This document shows positions 27,142 through 40,699 of a stretch of DNA of 64,000 bases, in pieces. The first letter of the stretch is position 1. The number at the start of each line of letters is the position of its first letter. The stretch comes from Camelus dromedarius (lineage: Eukaryota). The stretch spans positions 59,336,001 through 59,400,000 of the forward strand of contig NC_087437.1 in NCBI RefSeq assembly GCF_036321535.1. The letters run 5' to 3'. The position numbers and the translations under genes were made by a program. Under the pieces are notes generated by a model. It ran no database searches. It was not told where the DNA came from and worked only from the letters and a program-made list of their open reading frames with translations.

Positions 27142-29228
27142 CTTAGACACTATTTTTATGCACATTTTACAGAAAAAGAAAAGTTAAGGAACTTTCTCCA
27201 GGATCCTGCAGCAAGTTATTGGCAGATGAAATCTGCTGTCAAAAGATCGGCGCCCGTTCCTGACAGCCAAAATTGAAACTCAGAGACCAGGTCTTGGAGC
27301 TTAGAAGAAAAGAGACAGCTTGCATGGCACTCTGTTGCTTCTCTATTTATTATTAATACCCTCTATATATTAATGGAGAAGTACATGTTCATTGTCGAAG
27401 TAAACAAATAGGCTAAAAGAAGCAAGTAACCATTAGCCATAATTCCATTACCAAGAGATCGCCACTGTCAGCACTCCGACGTATATTCCTCCAGACTTTA
27501 TCCTCTGCATGTATCAATGGTAGGTTTTTATTATAAAAATTGGACGACATATTCTATTCTATAACCTGAATTTTTTTTTTGCTAATAATGATAAATCATG
27601 GACATTTTTCCATGTCAACAAACATAACCTTAGAACATAGTTTTTATTGGATATACAGTACACTCTCACACAGATTTACCTCAGTTTTTCAGCCTGTCCT
27701 TTCTTGTAGGCATGTACTTTGTTCCTGTTTTCCCTTGTGGTTAAATCTTTATCAGCATACTTAATTATTCCTTAAGATAAATTCCTAGCAAGAGAATTAC
27801 TGGGTCAAAGGGAGGAAAGGGGGTCTCCTTTCTAAGCCTATGCTCAGGTAGCTGCCTTGACCAAGTCCCTGGGCACAATCTATTTGGAACCACAGTTGGA
27901 GGGCCTTTGATGTGCCCAAGTCCAAGGCCACGTGCCAGGTTTTCTATCTTTTTTGGAGTCTTTATACAGGAAAGTAGCAGAAACTAAGATGGGAGCTGCT
28001 AGCCTGGTACCATTTTGAATTAGCAGAGTCTCCTTTAATTTGATTCTGTGAAAGTGCCTGAGCCCCTGACATGTGACTGATGTCAGTGCTATCTGCACTC
28101 AAAGAGCTCAGCCTCCCGTGTGCTTGGACATTGGGGAGAGGGCGGGGGTAGACAGGGGCCCACACAGCCAGCTTGAGTGCCATGCAGACTATGGCAAGCC
28201 CTGATGGCCCAGAGGACAGGGTAATTTAGGGTTTGGGAAGGTGGATTTGAAAGCTAAGGGACAAGGAAAAGACTGGGACAAAGGCCCAGAGATGTGGGAA
28301 GACTTTGGGGGTAAAGACCTTGAGGCTGTAGTGAATAGAATGTTAGATGAGTGTTTGTGTGTGTGTGTATGTGCACGCAAGCACATGCGTGCCCAGGGGA
28401 CATTTAAGAGGATATGGGTTTACTATTATGGAAAGTCTAAATGGTGTAATGATTTGGGTGAGAGGCCACCAAGGATAGCCCCTGTGTTATAGGCAACAGG
28501 AAACTAGGGAAGGACTTTTTAAAATAATGCCTAGTCTGGGGAGGGCAGTACAGCCAGGAACAGAAACAGACTCTCTGTTGGGCTGTAGATTGGTTCCAAC
28601 ATTGTTCTCTGTCCACCCTTCTGATCAGGGGAGCAGAGCTGCCAGCTATCCCCTCACCCTGACAAGTATGCTCTCAAAAGGCTGGAGAACATTCAGCAGG
28701 GTTTCACTTTTGATTTGGGCAATATTTAACCATACTGAGTCTGTTAGGTGGTGAGCCTCCAAGTCTAGTCAACCATCTTGCAGGCCAGGCGTAGTATATT
28801 TCAGGAGTTTGGTGCTCTAAGGGCAAAGAGGGTGAGGAGAGGCAGGGTGAGGCCCAAGGTACAGTTTCTGGGATGCATGGCATCCTGGCTTAGGTGTCTA
28901 GAGAAGTCACAATTGAATCAGAGAATTTGTTGCTAGGGGGAAGGAAGGAGGCCCAAAGAGCAAAGGACAATCAATTGGGTTGGGGGGAGCAGTTTAGGAA
29001 GTTTTCCTGAGGTGCAAAAATTGCTAGTTCCTTTTGTGGCTGCTCCTAATATAGCCATGCGTGGCTCTCCCCTCTAATCTTGGCGTGGTCACCACGGCCT
29101 TCCAACTGCTGCTGCAGCCAAATGGCCCACAGAAATTCCAGTCGAAATCCAGCACTAACAGAAAGACACACCCTGCAGTCCCACATGTTTTGATGAACAT
29201 TACATTTTGGAATCCTTTTTCCAGAGGA

Positions 29229-29320
29229 CTTTTTTTTTTTCTAATGGTGGTACGGGGGATTGAACTCAGGACCTCATGCATGCTAAGCATGCACTCTACC
29301 ACTGAGCTATACCCCACACC
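29229..29320 (-). mobile_element. Vic-1-like SINE
   Basis: ggggattgaactcaggacctcatgcatgctaagcatgcactctaccactgagctataccc. Confidence 0.9.
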
Positions 29321-30059
29321 ACCACCCCTCCCCCAGGACACATTTTAATGAATCAAGGGTTACATTTGATTCTCTTCAAATTTTTTCTGCAGCCTGAGAA
29401 AGCACTGAAACAGCATGTGCTGAAGCTTCCATCACGAGGCAGGTCTCTCTGGCCTTCAGGGAAAGAGAGGAATTCTCAGGAGAGTTCACAACTTGGTACT
29501 GCAATTAATCTTTGTGGCATTGACTGGAGCCAAGATGGGGAAACCCAGTCTTGCAGCCTCCCTGCAAAGCTTGGGGGCTGCTGGGGAAGCCCTGGAAATC
29601 AATGTCTTCCAGCTGGGAATCATTTGCTGAAAGCAAATAAGCTCTAATTCACCTAGTTTTTTCATAACACCAAGAAACTGGAAGAAAATCCGAGTCCATT
29701 GATACATATTTCCATTTACCCTGCCAGCAGTCCTCTACCTAGGTTGGCGCAAGATGTTATGTTTGTTGCAATCAGGAATGATGGGTTTGGCAATGATTGA
29801 TAGGAAAGTCATACTCATTATTTCAAAACAAAATTCACATTTTCCAGACTTGCCTCTCCTCATTGAGCAACCTCTTCTGGAAGGAGTCACAGGGTCAAAT
29901 CAAGTTTGCTGGTCCTTTCTCATCCTCTGGGTCTCTATGTAGGAGGGGCCCGGGGCTTCTTGTAATCTCTGTTCGACTCCTCCCTAGGTCACCGATCCAA
30001 GCCCTGTGACTTTCTATATCATCTTGTGCTGATTACTCCCAAAGGCCTCTCTCCAGATT

Positions 30060-30862
30060 TGTATTTCTGACTTCTCATAAGCATCTCCCTCCTCACCTCT
30101 CTTCCTCAAACCTTTTTCTCTCATCTTCTTCATTATCTCTGTAAATCACAACTCTTCATTTCCAGCAGCTCAGGTCTCAAATGTTGAAGTCACTGTATAT
30201 TCCTCTTTGTCCCTCACATCTTATATAAACCATTGGCAAATTCTATTTGCTTTACCTCTAAAATATTTTCAGAATCCCTCTCACCTCCACTCTCTACCAT
30301 CCTAGAACCAGACATCATTATCTTGCTTCTGGAGTATTCTAGAAGCTTCTTAACTAACCTCCTACAATCTATAGGCGTCCTTTTACAATATAAGTCAGAT
30401 CAGGTCACACCCTCTCCAGGCTTCATGTTCACTGGCCCTGTGCCCCTCCCTCTGATGCTCCCCTGCCCCTACCCCTGGCTCACTCTGCTCCAGCCACTCT
30501 GGCCTCTTCCTGGAACAAGGCAAGCACTTTTCAGTCTGGGCAGAATCTATTCTTTCCCCAGATATCTGTGTGCCTTGATCCTTTCACTTTCTTAAGGTCT
30601 CTACCTTATCAGAGTGGCCTCGTCCGCCCACTTCATCTAAAACAGCATCCCCTCCCTTCATTGTTCTATAGCTCCCTTATCTTGCTTTATCTTTCTTCTT
30701 TGCACTTATCACCACCCAGCATTTTATCTATTCATTTGTTTGTTTATTGTATGACATCACCCCCACCACCACCAAAATACAAACTCAGGGAGGGCAAGAT
30801 CTTGCTGCTAAACCCCCAATGCTTAGCATCTAGTAAGTACTCAATAGATACGTGTTAAATTG
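30060..30862 (+). mobile_element. L2 LINE 3' portion
   Basis: Typical L2 3' region ending tagtaagtactcaatagatacgtgttaaat. Confidence 0.75.
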
Positions 30863-31247
30863 GGAGATTGAAAGGCTCTTATGGTTCATTCGGTCCAAAT
30901 GTATCACTTTCATATAAAGATACCAAGGTCAGAGAGGACAGCTGTCTAGAGGAGGCCACTTGGAAGATTTAAGAGCTGTGCTGGAACCAGTGCCCAAGTG
31001 GCCTGACACCCAGCCAACTCTCAACACGGAGGCCCAGGGCAGAGCGCATCCTACATTCACACCCAGCACACGTTTGCCTGCCTGCATTATCCAACACTTT
31101 GCTCTGTGCAATACACTCTGATGCTTATGATGGTTTTCACTCTACTTCACTGTTTTGAAAAACGCTGTCCATACTCTATTAAAAATTAATTTCATGACCT
31201 ATTAAAGAGTTTTTTATTGCAGGGTAAGAAATATATATATATATTTT

Positions 31248-31370
31248 CCTTTTTTGGGGGGTGATTAGGTTTATTTATTTACTTATTTTTTAAGTGGAGG
31301 TACTGGAGGTTGAACATAGGACTTTGTGCGTGCTAGGCAAGCACTCTACCACTGAACTATACCCTCCTCC
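31248..31370 (-). mobile_element. Vic-1-like SINE
   Basis: gattaggtttatttatt...ggaggtactggaggttgaacatagg...ctctaccactgaactataccctcc. Confidence 0.88.
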
Positions 31371-32344
31371 CTTCTTTTTTCTTTTTCAATAATGCTAAAA
31401 GGCATGGTCACATTTGTTTAAAGAGTTTTTTAAATGCCAGAAGCAAGTCAGCTATTGATAGTAATTCCATAGTGAGTGTGGATATGCAGAAAAGTAAAAG
31501 AAATACCTGAGGTCCAATTTTTTGGCCCTCATATCTCATGGGTATTAATCTTGAAAAGGCATCTTGTTTATGATTTCATCTCTGTCTCCCTATTTACAGC
31601 TCCGGTTTCATGCTATGCCATGTCATATTCACTTTTGTGGTTTTGTGTCTTGTTTTCTGTACCAACTCATGCTTATAAATGGCTGCTTTTTACGTGGAGT
31701 CAGAACAGTGCATTCCAGAAGGAGGCAGGGGGAATGGTGAGGGCTTTCACATAGCTGACTTTGTTTTGACAGTGATGGTATCTGATGGAGTGGGAACTGA
31801 GCACAGCCCAACATCCAGTCTCACTGACCACACCAACTCTTCAGAGCTGCCAGGGGCACGGAGAGACACATGTGCATGGGGGCGAGAGAATGAGAAGCTG
31901 GTCAAGCCGAGGACAAGAAATAAGTGGTTATACAAGGCACAGAGGTCAAGGTCATGTAAAAAATCAAGTGTTTAAAATATTGGCTCTGGTACAATAACTC
32001 TCTGGTCTAAATTTATCCCAGTCTTCTAACTCTCAAAGGACTGACAGAAAGCTAGTGTTACCACTCAGGAAAAAGGCAGAACAGGGTCCAAATCTGTATC
32101 TAAAAGCAATCTCAAAGGAAAGATGCCAAGAATTCACCCTGGCTCCTTCAGATGCTGTCCAAGATGCTCCAGGTAACCAGATATCATTGCGGGAGAATCT
32201 GGTTATATAAACAATATAACGTCACCATCTTCATTATTCCTATTGTCACCCACATGGCTGGGGACTTCAGTGGGAGTGTACCACCAGGTCCAAGCCATTC
32301 AAAGTCTTCCCACGGAGAATGGGGGAAAGACCGGGTAAGACCTG

Positions 32345-32829
32345 AGATTTGGGCCCTGGTTCTTTTCCACATGCCTCCACCATCCCTTCCCAGCCCTGCT
32401 CTTTGCCCTCTGTGTCCTCTATAACTGCATCACTAGGCTCCCTATCCCTTTGGCTTCTTATTGGGTGGGGCCAATGGAAGGCACTGGGAAGAGATCCCAG
32501 GTTGACATATTCCCCACTCCATGCCACTGCCTTCCTGCCTACTTTACTGCGCTTCTGGCAGCAATCACGTGCGTCTGTGGCCCTGGCTTCTGTTGGAAGG
32601 CCCCTGTCCCATGACTCTAGCTCCCACAGTTTCCAGCCACACCATCTCCTCCCCTTGCCCTTCAGGCCTGATCCAGTCCCAAGGGGCCTCACTATTCTGT
32701 ATTGGCCCCTTAACTCTGGATACACCTTTGTACACAGTCCCTTCATTAAGCTCTTCTTCTCCTCCCCAACTGCCGTTAAACACTTTTGAGTAGGCACCTG
32801 TTGCCTGCTGGGACCCTGACTGTTGTACA
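32345..32829 (+). mobile_element. LTR33-type ERVL solo LTR
   Basis: ggctccctatccctttggcttcttattgggtggggccaatggaaggcactgg...cacctttgtacacagtcccttcattaagctc...ctgggaccctgactg matches recalled LTR33. Confidence 0.72.
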
Positions 32830-34087
32830 TGATCTCACATCTAGGGGTGCTCTAGGCCTTGCTCACAACCTGGATCTCACAAAGGTCGCAGCAGGCAGAA
32901 CGTTTTGCTGCCTTGAAATCTGACCTCTGGCCCTGGCACACACACCCTTGGGTCTCTCCCTCTACCCATTGTTTTTTTGGGATAGTTGCCAGCAACAGAA
33001 TGCCAGCAGCTGTTCAGCTGCAATAGTCCCTGGGTTTGTTAAGCAATTTGGGGCAGGATCAGGTGGGGCCAAAGACACAGCCAGAACTCCTCATTCCATT
33101 CCAAGGGCTAAGGAGAGGTAGAAGTGGGCTGATTCCAGCTAGTCCCTAAGAGGAAGTAGACTCTCAGTCCCAGAAAGAACATTGTCATCCGGGCCAACGC
33201 TCCCCCTTTGCAGTTAGGGACATGAAGACCCAGAAAGGGCTCCGCTGAGATCAGAGGATAAAGTATTTGTAGAGGCAGGGTGAGAACCCAAAGCTCCTGA
33301 ATATTCATCAAATCCCAGTGTTGGAAGGAGCATTACAGGTGTACAGCCTGGAAAAGCCTGACCACAATACACACAAAGTACAGGGCTCTGCCATTTACAA
33401 GAGGAATTGCCTTGGTCACTTCCCAGCCAACCCGCACCAGGGACAGCCCAGACAGGGCAGCAGGATGTGATTTGGGGTGAGGAGGCACCAAAGGAAACTC
33501 CCTTCTACTGGGGTCACCAACAGCTCCTCCCTCCTAACAGGGCAGCCCCCTGCCAGTGGGCCAGCCTATGAAAGTCACACAAGGTGTGAGCGGCACAGGT
33601 GCCCCTGCTCCTGTGAGTCAGCCCTGCAGCCCAGAGTTGACTGTGTTCCCTAGCCAGGCTCACTTCCTGGGCCCACAGGCTAAAGGAGGTTTCCCAGCCC
33701 CTGCCGTCTAGGCAGACGTATGACTAATCCTCACCCACAGAAGCTAGTGAAAATTATAGGTCATCGCTAGTTCACAGTAGTGAAGAAATACTTTACTTTC
33801 CCTTCTGCCCATCTGGCTGGAAACAAAGGATTCCAAGATGGTGCAGTTACCAGATGGGCCCAGCCAGGATGCCTCTGTCTCTAGAAGACAGCTATGTGGG
33901 AGCACCACCCCCTACCGCCCCCATATCATACTGTAGGAGTGAGAAATAAATGAGCCTTCTGGCATGCTGAACGCAGAGATGAGGAGTGGAGGAGGTGTTT
34001 AATTCCGAAATGTCTCCCATCTACCCCTCCCCTCCTTCCTTCACCCTCTCTCCTGCCACCTACCACTTCATCAGCTCAAATAGCCTC

Positions 34088-34650
34088 TTAAGCAACCTAA
34101 ATGTCCACAGACAGATGATTGAATAAAGAAGACGTGGTAAATATATGTTACAGAATACTACTCAGCCATAAAAAAGAATGAGATAATGCTACTTGCAGCA
34201 ACATGGATGGATCTAGAGATTATCATACTAAGTGAAGTAAGTCAGACAAAGACAAATATCAAATGATACCACATATGTGGAATCTAAAAACAAAAATGAC
34301 ACAAGAGAACTTATTTACGACAGAATGGACTCACAGACATAGAAAACAAACTTAGGGTTACCAGAGGGGAATAGGGGTGGGAAGGGATAAATTGGGACTT
34401 TGGGATTTGTGGATACTAATTACTATATATAAAATAGATGAACAATAAGGTCCTACCATATAGCATAGGGAACTATATTCAATATCTTGTAATAATCTCT
34501 AATGGAAAAAAGTATGAAAACAAATATAAACATACATATATATAATGTATAACTGAATCACTATGCTGTACACCAGAAACTAACACAACATTGTAAACTG
34601 ACTACATTTCAATTAAAAATAAAAATAGATTTTAATGTAAAATTAAAAAA
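34088..34650 (+). mobile_element. LINE-1 3' end with perfect 12-bp TSD
   Basis: tcaaatagcctc at 34076-34087 and 34651-34662; L1 3' UTR (gaatactactcagccataaaaaagaatga...cactatgctgtacaccagaaactaacacaacattgtaa). Confidence 0.93.
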
Positions 34651-35681
34651 TCAAATAGCCTCCTAGAGAATGGGTCTTCTTCCCTTTGAAGTGCCCTGCC
34701 CAGTCTGCCAGCACCGTTTCTTTAAGGGCCCTTAGACCCTCTTCAGTCCTCAAGCAACACACCTAGGCCTGCCCCTGGAATTGCCTGGATTGCAACAGTC
34801 ATTACTGGTCCAATTTTCTGATAGCAAGGCTGCTAGCAAGTAGCAATATTCCCTTTGGGTTTGCAAATACACTTAGAAGTCTCCATTATCTCCTATATTG
34901 TTTAAAAGAGACAATAATTTAAGAGCTCTATTTACAAGTTTTTGATAACAACAACAATAATAGCAATGACAAGAGATGATAACATGCCCTTTTTTCCCAT
35001 TGTAGAAACTTCCAGCCATTCACCCTATCAATCCCTTAAAATAGAATCCTTCCTATTTTGACTCTTCCCTTTTGGGACATGACCTGGGTTTCTATGCCTA
35101 ATCTCCAAGATCCTGGGGTGGTACTCACGTAGAGATTTTTTTTAATTACTTCAGGCCATAGGGGATTTTTCTGCTGAGAAGACAATGAAATTGATGCTTT
35201 TTCCCACCCTTCTGGAGGAAGAAACAAACATTTCAGGGGATACCACACCTAAACATCCTGGGCATTTCCAGCCAATCTCAGCAGACAAAGAGGTGGGCAG
35301 AGAAAAATATTATAGCTGAGGCCTATATTACTCACAGTAGGTTGTTTTTTTTTTAAATCACTGTAGGTGGTCAATTAAGTTTGATTAGCCTAGCCATCAA
35401 TTTCTCTTGCTCTTGAGCTCTTAAAGGTTAAAAATCTTTATTTGCGATGATTGTATATGATTATGGGATGATGCCTTAGTGGTGAGTGAGTGGGTGAATT
35501 ATTGACTGAATGAATGGATATTATGATTTATTATCCTCATGACCATGGGAGGCCATGCAAAGTGGGCTTGCCAGAATCAGGAGACCTAGGCCCCAGCCTG
35601 AGCCCTGTTATGAACTCAACCATGTGATTGTAAGCAAGTCACTAGGTTTTATCACTTATAAAATGAGGAGGTTGGACTAGG

Positions 35682-35842
35682 CGGGTGCTTCTCACACCTC
35701 CATGTGGACATAGATCACTGGGGGCATCTTGTGAAATGCAGATTCCACTTCAGGAGGTCTGGGATGGGGTCCAAGGCTATTCATGTCTAACAAGCTCCAG
35801 GTGATGCAGTTCTGGTCCACAGTCCACCTTTCGTATAGCAGG
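35682..35842. mobile_element. MER5-type hAT MITE
   Basis: cttgtgaaatgcagattcc...caggaggtctgggatgggg...ctaacaagctccaggtgatgc; similar MER5 relics near 43.0, 46.3, 48.25, 54.75 and 61.7 kb. Confidence 0.75.
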
Positions 35843-36264
35843 AGTCTTGAGCTCCAAGAGCCCTTTCCTGATGTTCAGTGGCTCAATTTTGACACATTAG
35901 AATAATCAAGTAATTCACTACTCAGTAACCAGACTCCTTATAAAAGGTGAGTTTGACCCTTTGGTGGCTTCCCACATCATTTAGAATAAAATTTAATGTT
36001 TTTAATATATATTTTTCAGTCTTTATTTCTTGGTGTAAACTGAACATGGAATTTTTCCTCTTTTTTTCAGTTTTCAGTTTCACTAGGTAGAATTGTTAAC
36101 AATTTGACTGCATATATAAAATACATTGCATGTAAATACATACACACAATATACTGCATGTATTTTTTAAATTTACGTATATGAACTGTCCATTGTTTCC
36201 AAGAATGTTTAGAACTTTAGCTTTTTAAACTTATCAAAGGAATAAAGCCAACCACAAAATAAGA

Positions 36265-37288
36265 ATTAATTCAAAAAGATACATACATCCCACTATTAAC
36301 AGCAACATTACTTATAATAGCCAAGATATGGAAGCATCCTAAGTGCGCATCAATAGATGAATGGATAAAGAAGATGCAGCAAATGTACGTAATGGAATAC
36401 AACTCACCCATGAGAAAGAAGGATATCTTGCCATTTGCGGCCCTTCATTCACTTTTTTTTCACTTCAAAAACCAGAATTTTGTAACTGGCATAAACATTT
36501 CCATTGTATCAAAAACAAAAAAATACCTAGAAATAAATTTAACCAAGGAGGTTACCTATACTCTGAAAACTGTAAAACACTAATGAATGAAATTGAAGAT
36601 GATACAAAGAAATGGAAAGATATCTTGTTCTCTTGGATCGGAAGAATCAACATTATCAAGATGGCTGTACTACCCAAAGCAATCTACAGATCGAATGCAA
36701 CCCCTGTCAAAACACTCACAACATTCTTCACAGAACTAGAACAAACAATTCCAAAATTTACATGGAAACATAAAAGACCCTGAACTGCCAAAGCAATCTT
36801 TTGTAGGTCTTTTTTTTTCCTTCTCTTTCTTCTTTTTGTTCTCTTTTCTTACGGTTTGATGACTAGAGAAGTTCCTTTAACATTTGTTGTAAAGCTGGTT
36901 TGGTGGTGCTGAATTCTTTTAGCTTTTGTTTATCTGTGAAGCTTTTGATTTCTCCATCAAATCTGAATGAGAGCCTTGCTGGATAGAGTATTCTTGGTTC
37001 TAAGTTTTCCCCTTTCATCACTTTAAATATATTGTGCCACTCCCTTCTGGCCTGTAGAGTTTCTGCTGAAAAATCAGCTGATAACCTTATGGGAGTTCCC
37101 TTGTATGTTATTTGTTGCTTTTCTCTTGCTTATGTTTTCTCCTTATCCTTAATTTTTGTCAATTTGCTTACTATGTGCCTTGCTGTGTTCCTGTTTGGGT
37201 TGATCCTATGTGAGACTCTCTGCATTTCCTGGACTTGGGTGACTGTTTCCTTTCCCAAGTTGGGGAAATTTTCAGTTATCATCTCTCC
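36265..37288. mobile_element. Rearranged L1 patchwork (+ strand 3'/ORF2 pieces, then - strand ORF1-region piece)
   Basis: + strand 36361-36783 translates as L1 ORF2 ([27 protein letters not shown]); - strand 37130-37290 translates as L1 ORF1 (ENFPNLGKETVTQVQEMQRVSHRINPNRNTARHI). Confidence 0.88.
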
Positions 37289-37438
37289 AGAAGATGGGAG
37301 TCTGTAAGGAGAATGGCTTGGGGTCACCTTAGCCACAGAGCAGTTTCTGTACTTATAACTCACTAGAAGATGGGAGTCTGTAAGGAGAATGGCTTGGGGT
37401 CACCTTAGCCACAGAGCAGTTTCTGTACTTATAACTCA
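37289..37438. repeat. Perfect 74-bp direct tandem duplication (period 76)
   Basis: agaagatggg...cttataactca is identical at 37289-37362 and 37365-37438, with spacer ct. Confidence 0.97.
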
Positions 37439-40400
37439 TCTGACTTTCCTTTGCAACAGCCATCACCCAAGGAGTGTATGTCACCTTCACCTTAGTAGGG
37501 AAGTGGACACATCAGATCACCATTCAGATCACACCAAACTAACGCTCCTTCCTCCATTCTAGGGCCACCGTCAGCCTTTGATTGTGATTTGGCTTCCCAC
37601 ACTGACTTCCTACAGCGAGAAAGAACAGGCTGCTCAGGCTGACCCAAAAGCCCGCCTCACCTGGCATTTATACATCTCATTATAAATTATTTGGCATTCT
37701 CCTTTATCCTCTCCAGTCTCCTCTGAATGAGTCAGCTTTCTGAGACCAACTAACTTTTGGGCCCTGATGGGATCAAGTTTCTGAACCTTCAAAGCCAGAC
37801 CCCGGACAGTGGCTATCTCTGTAATATGTTGCTGCCCTGAGAAGGTTCTCAGCAGTTGGCCAGCTGGTCCTTCCCAGGCGCCACCCAGCATCACTGCAAG
37901 ATTTGTTTTGCATTTTCCCACAAACCCAGCAACTTAGAGGAGTTTATATTAAGAAGGTAATTGGATAAATACATAAAAACATATGTAGAAAAGTGCATAT
38001 TATTGCACTGTCATCTTCTCTCTTCCTCAGCTGGAGGTGGTGGTGGTGGTACTTTTGTAGCCCATTCTGTCCCCAGAGTGTGTATGGATCCTAGAACCCC
38101 ACCCCCTCCCCGCAACCCCCATCTCATACAGCATCCATGGGAATTAATTGACAGTGGTATCTCATACTATAAGTGTGAGGGGAAGAGTAATCTATACCCA
38201 AAGCCCAGAAGTGAATGAAGCTTTGGCTTCACCTAGTAACCAAGAAATTAGGTGGCTATGTCTCTTGTTCCAGGAGTGAAGCCCTAGTCACAGAGCAGCA
38301 GCTGGCCTGGGTGAGCTGAGTCCTGGACCAGAGGCTTGTTTAGTCCTCAATTCTGGCCATTGCTGCAGGCATTGCAGGGGCAGGTTTGCAAGCTGACCTG
38401 GAAGTCAGTGACGTCAGGTGCATTCCAGTCACTGACCACTCCTAGAGGCCTCCCCATGAAGTGAGGCAGCCTCTCCAGCAAACCAAAGGCTGCTTGAAAC
38501 GCCCTTTCCCAGGGGAGACAGCAGTGCCTCTCCCTCACACACTCACTTTCCGGGAAGCCTCAGCCCTACAATCACCCCCATCACCACTTTGGAGGAGCAA
38601 GCTACTTTTAGTTTCCAGAGATGATTCACCCTCCCAAGGGTGGCCAAGACGACCTCTCTCCCTGAAGCAGGAAATAAATAAAACCCCCAAGTCAGTTAAA
38701 ATAAAAAACCCAAAACTGGGAACAACTAATCCATCAGTCAGGGCCTGGCTCACCATATTAAGATTTATCACGACTCATTAAGGTAAAAATGTAGATCTAT
38801 ACAGTTAGTTAATTGAAAAGAATGTGACAATACTGCACACTGCGCTTATACTTGGTCCCAATTTTACAAAACTATGAATACGAAAGTGTAAATACATGTG
38901 CATGGAAAAATAATTAAATAACATCAAAATGCTAATAACAGTTATCTCTAGGTGGTGAGATTTCTGGTAAGTTTTTTTATACTTCTCTGTATTACTTGAA
39001 ACTTTACAATGAGCGTGTTAGTTTTATTAGAAAAAGAAAACTATTTTCAGATTGGAAGAAAAAATTGGGTCTCCTTTAATGTCCAAAATACTGAAGTAGT
39101 GGCTGGTACAAGGTACCATGCAACGGAGTTGAGAAAGGCATGAACCCTGCCTAGTATTTGCAAGCTCCGGATGCCCTGGATCAGATGACCTCTCTGCTAG
39201 GTCTTCCTATTTCAAGAATCTATGATTTGAAGACGCCAAACAGTATCTCTAGATCAAAACTATTTATAAGAATCATTTCCTTCATAATGAATTGGAACTT
39301 CCACTCACTGCTTGTATGTTTAGATGACATCATCTCTGAGATTTATGTGAAATGACTCCTTTTCCTTGATGTTATCAAGGAGTTTCGGCAGCTGAGTTGC
39401 ATGTATTTCTTTGTGTTTAACCAATAACTGAAGAAGCTGACATTTGTCAAGGTTTAATTGTTTCCATTATTTTTCTCCTAGTCAGTTTCCAGATATTGCT
39501 GGGCAGATGCGAAAATGAGACCAGCAAAGATGTTGAGAGATGAAACAGGCCTACAAGTTCTAGCCCAGATCTTCCAATTTTTAGCTGTGTGACCTTGAGT
39601 TAGTCGTTTCTCTCTGGGCCTTAAGTTTTTTATTTATATAAAAGTGGGGAGAGGAGGGAAGTTAGACAAGATGATTTTAAAGATTCTGTCCACCTCTGAC
39701 CCTCTGTGATGAGTTCTAACTCTGAGATTAGAAAAGAATATCTCATGGCCCTGCTCGCAAACAGTATTAAAGTTATTTCAGTATCTACATCTTTCAATAA
39801 CCGTAGAATTATACTGTTGAATATAATTCAACAGAATCCTCTGCTTGGACCCCTCCCACACCACCCCTACTAGGTGGTCACCCGTATCTACAGACACCTC
39901 CAGGGGCAAGCAGCTCACCTCCTTCCAAGGCAGCTCATTTTCCTTTAGTCAAAAGAACACTGAAAGGTGTTTATTTTTTTACCAGAAATGCAATCTGACA
40001 CTCTGTAACTTCCACCCAATGTTCTACACTCTGAGTCACTTAGTAAAAGGGCAATGCGAAAGGCACTGTAATTTCGTCCCCTTTACTGCGCTATTCACAG
40101 CTTCAGTGAAGGTGTTTCTAATTCCCGACACTGGTCTTGGAGAAGGGAGCTCCCCAATTCCTATTTTAGACCTCAGAATCCAAACAAGGGTAAGAAGTCC
40201 TTTACTCAAAGCTCCAGGGATGAATGTGATGAGTATTGCATCAGGAGTATGGGGAGTCAGGCATTGAGTCTCTTTTCTCAAACTTTGTCCTTTTGCCCTG
40301 AACAAAAGTCTGGAGTCTTACTGCCCTGACCAACAGCCATGTGGATGTCCCTTCCTTTCCTGACATCGGCCCTTCTTTCCCTCCTCATATTCCAGAACTC

Positions 40401-40699
40401 CCCTACTTTTAAAAGCTCCCTGGAGTCCCTGCATCTCCCTACTCCATTTTCTTGAGTTACCAACACTCTTAGTCAGAAACCTCCAGGTCCAAGTCCCATC
40501 CTGGGTCTAAATTGTATAGCCTCCAGCATCTCTTTCTCCGCTCTCCACTTTCTGCCACTGGGAGTGGAGAAGAGGTGGTTCTGAGATCCAACAATGGAAA
40601 CAAAGAACATTCAGAACAAAGGGGATTCCCTTTTTCAAGTGCAGTTTACTATCCCCCAAATATATTAGAAAAAAAATCAGATACATCTTGCACGTCAAG

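Noticed and set aside
32267..32830. Longest ORF in the window (187 aa) and overlapping ORFs
   Set aside because: Lies over an LTR33-type element; no protein family similarity.
36361..36783. 140-aa ORF with a reverse-transcriptase-protein-like segment
   Set aside because: Chimeric fragment of decayed L1 ORF2, not a host gene.
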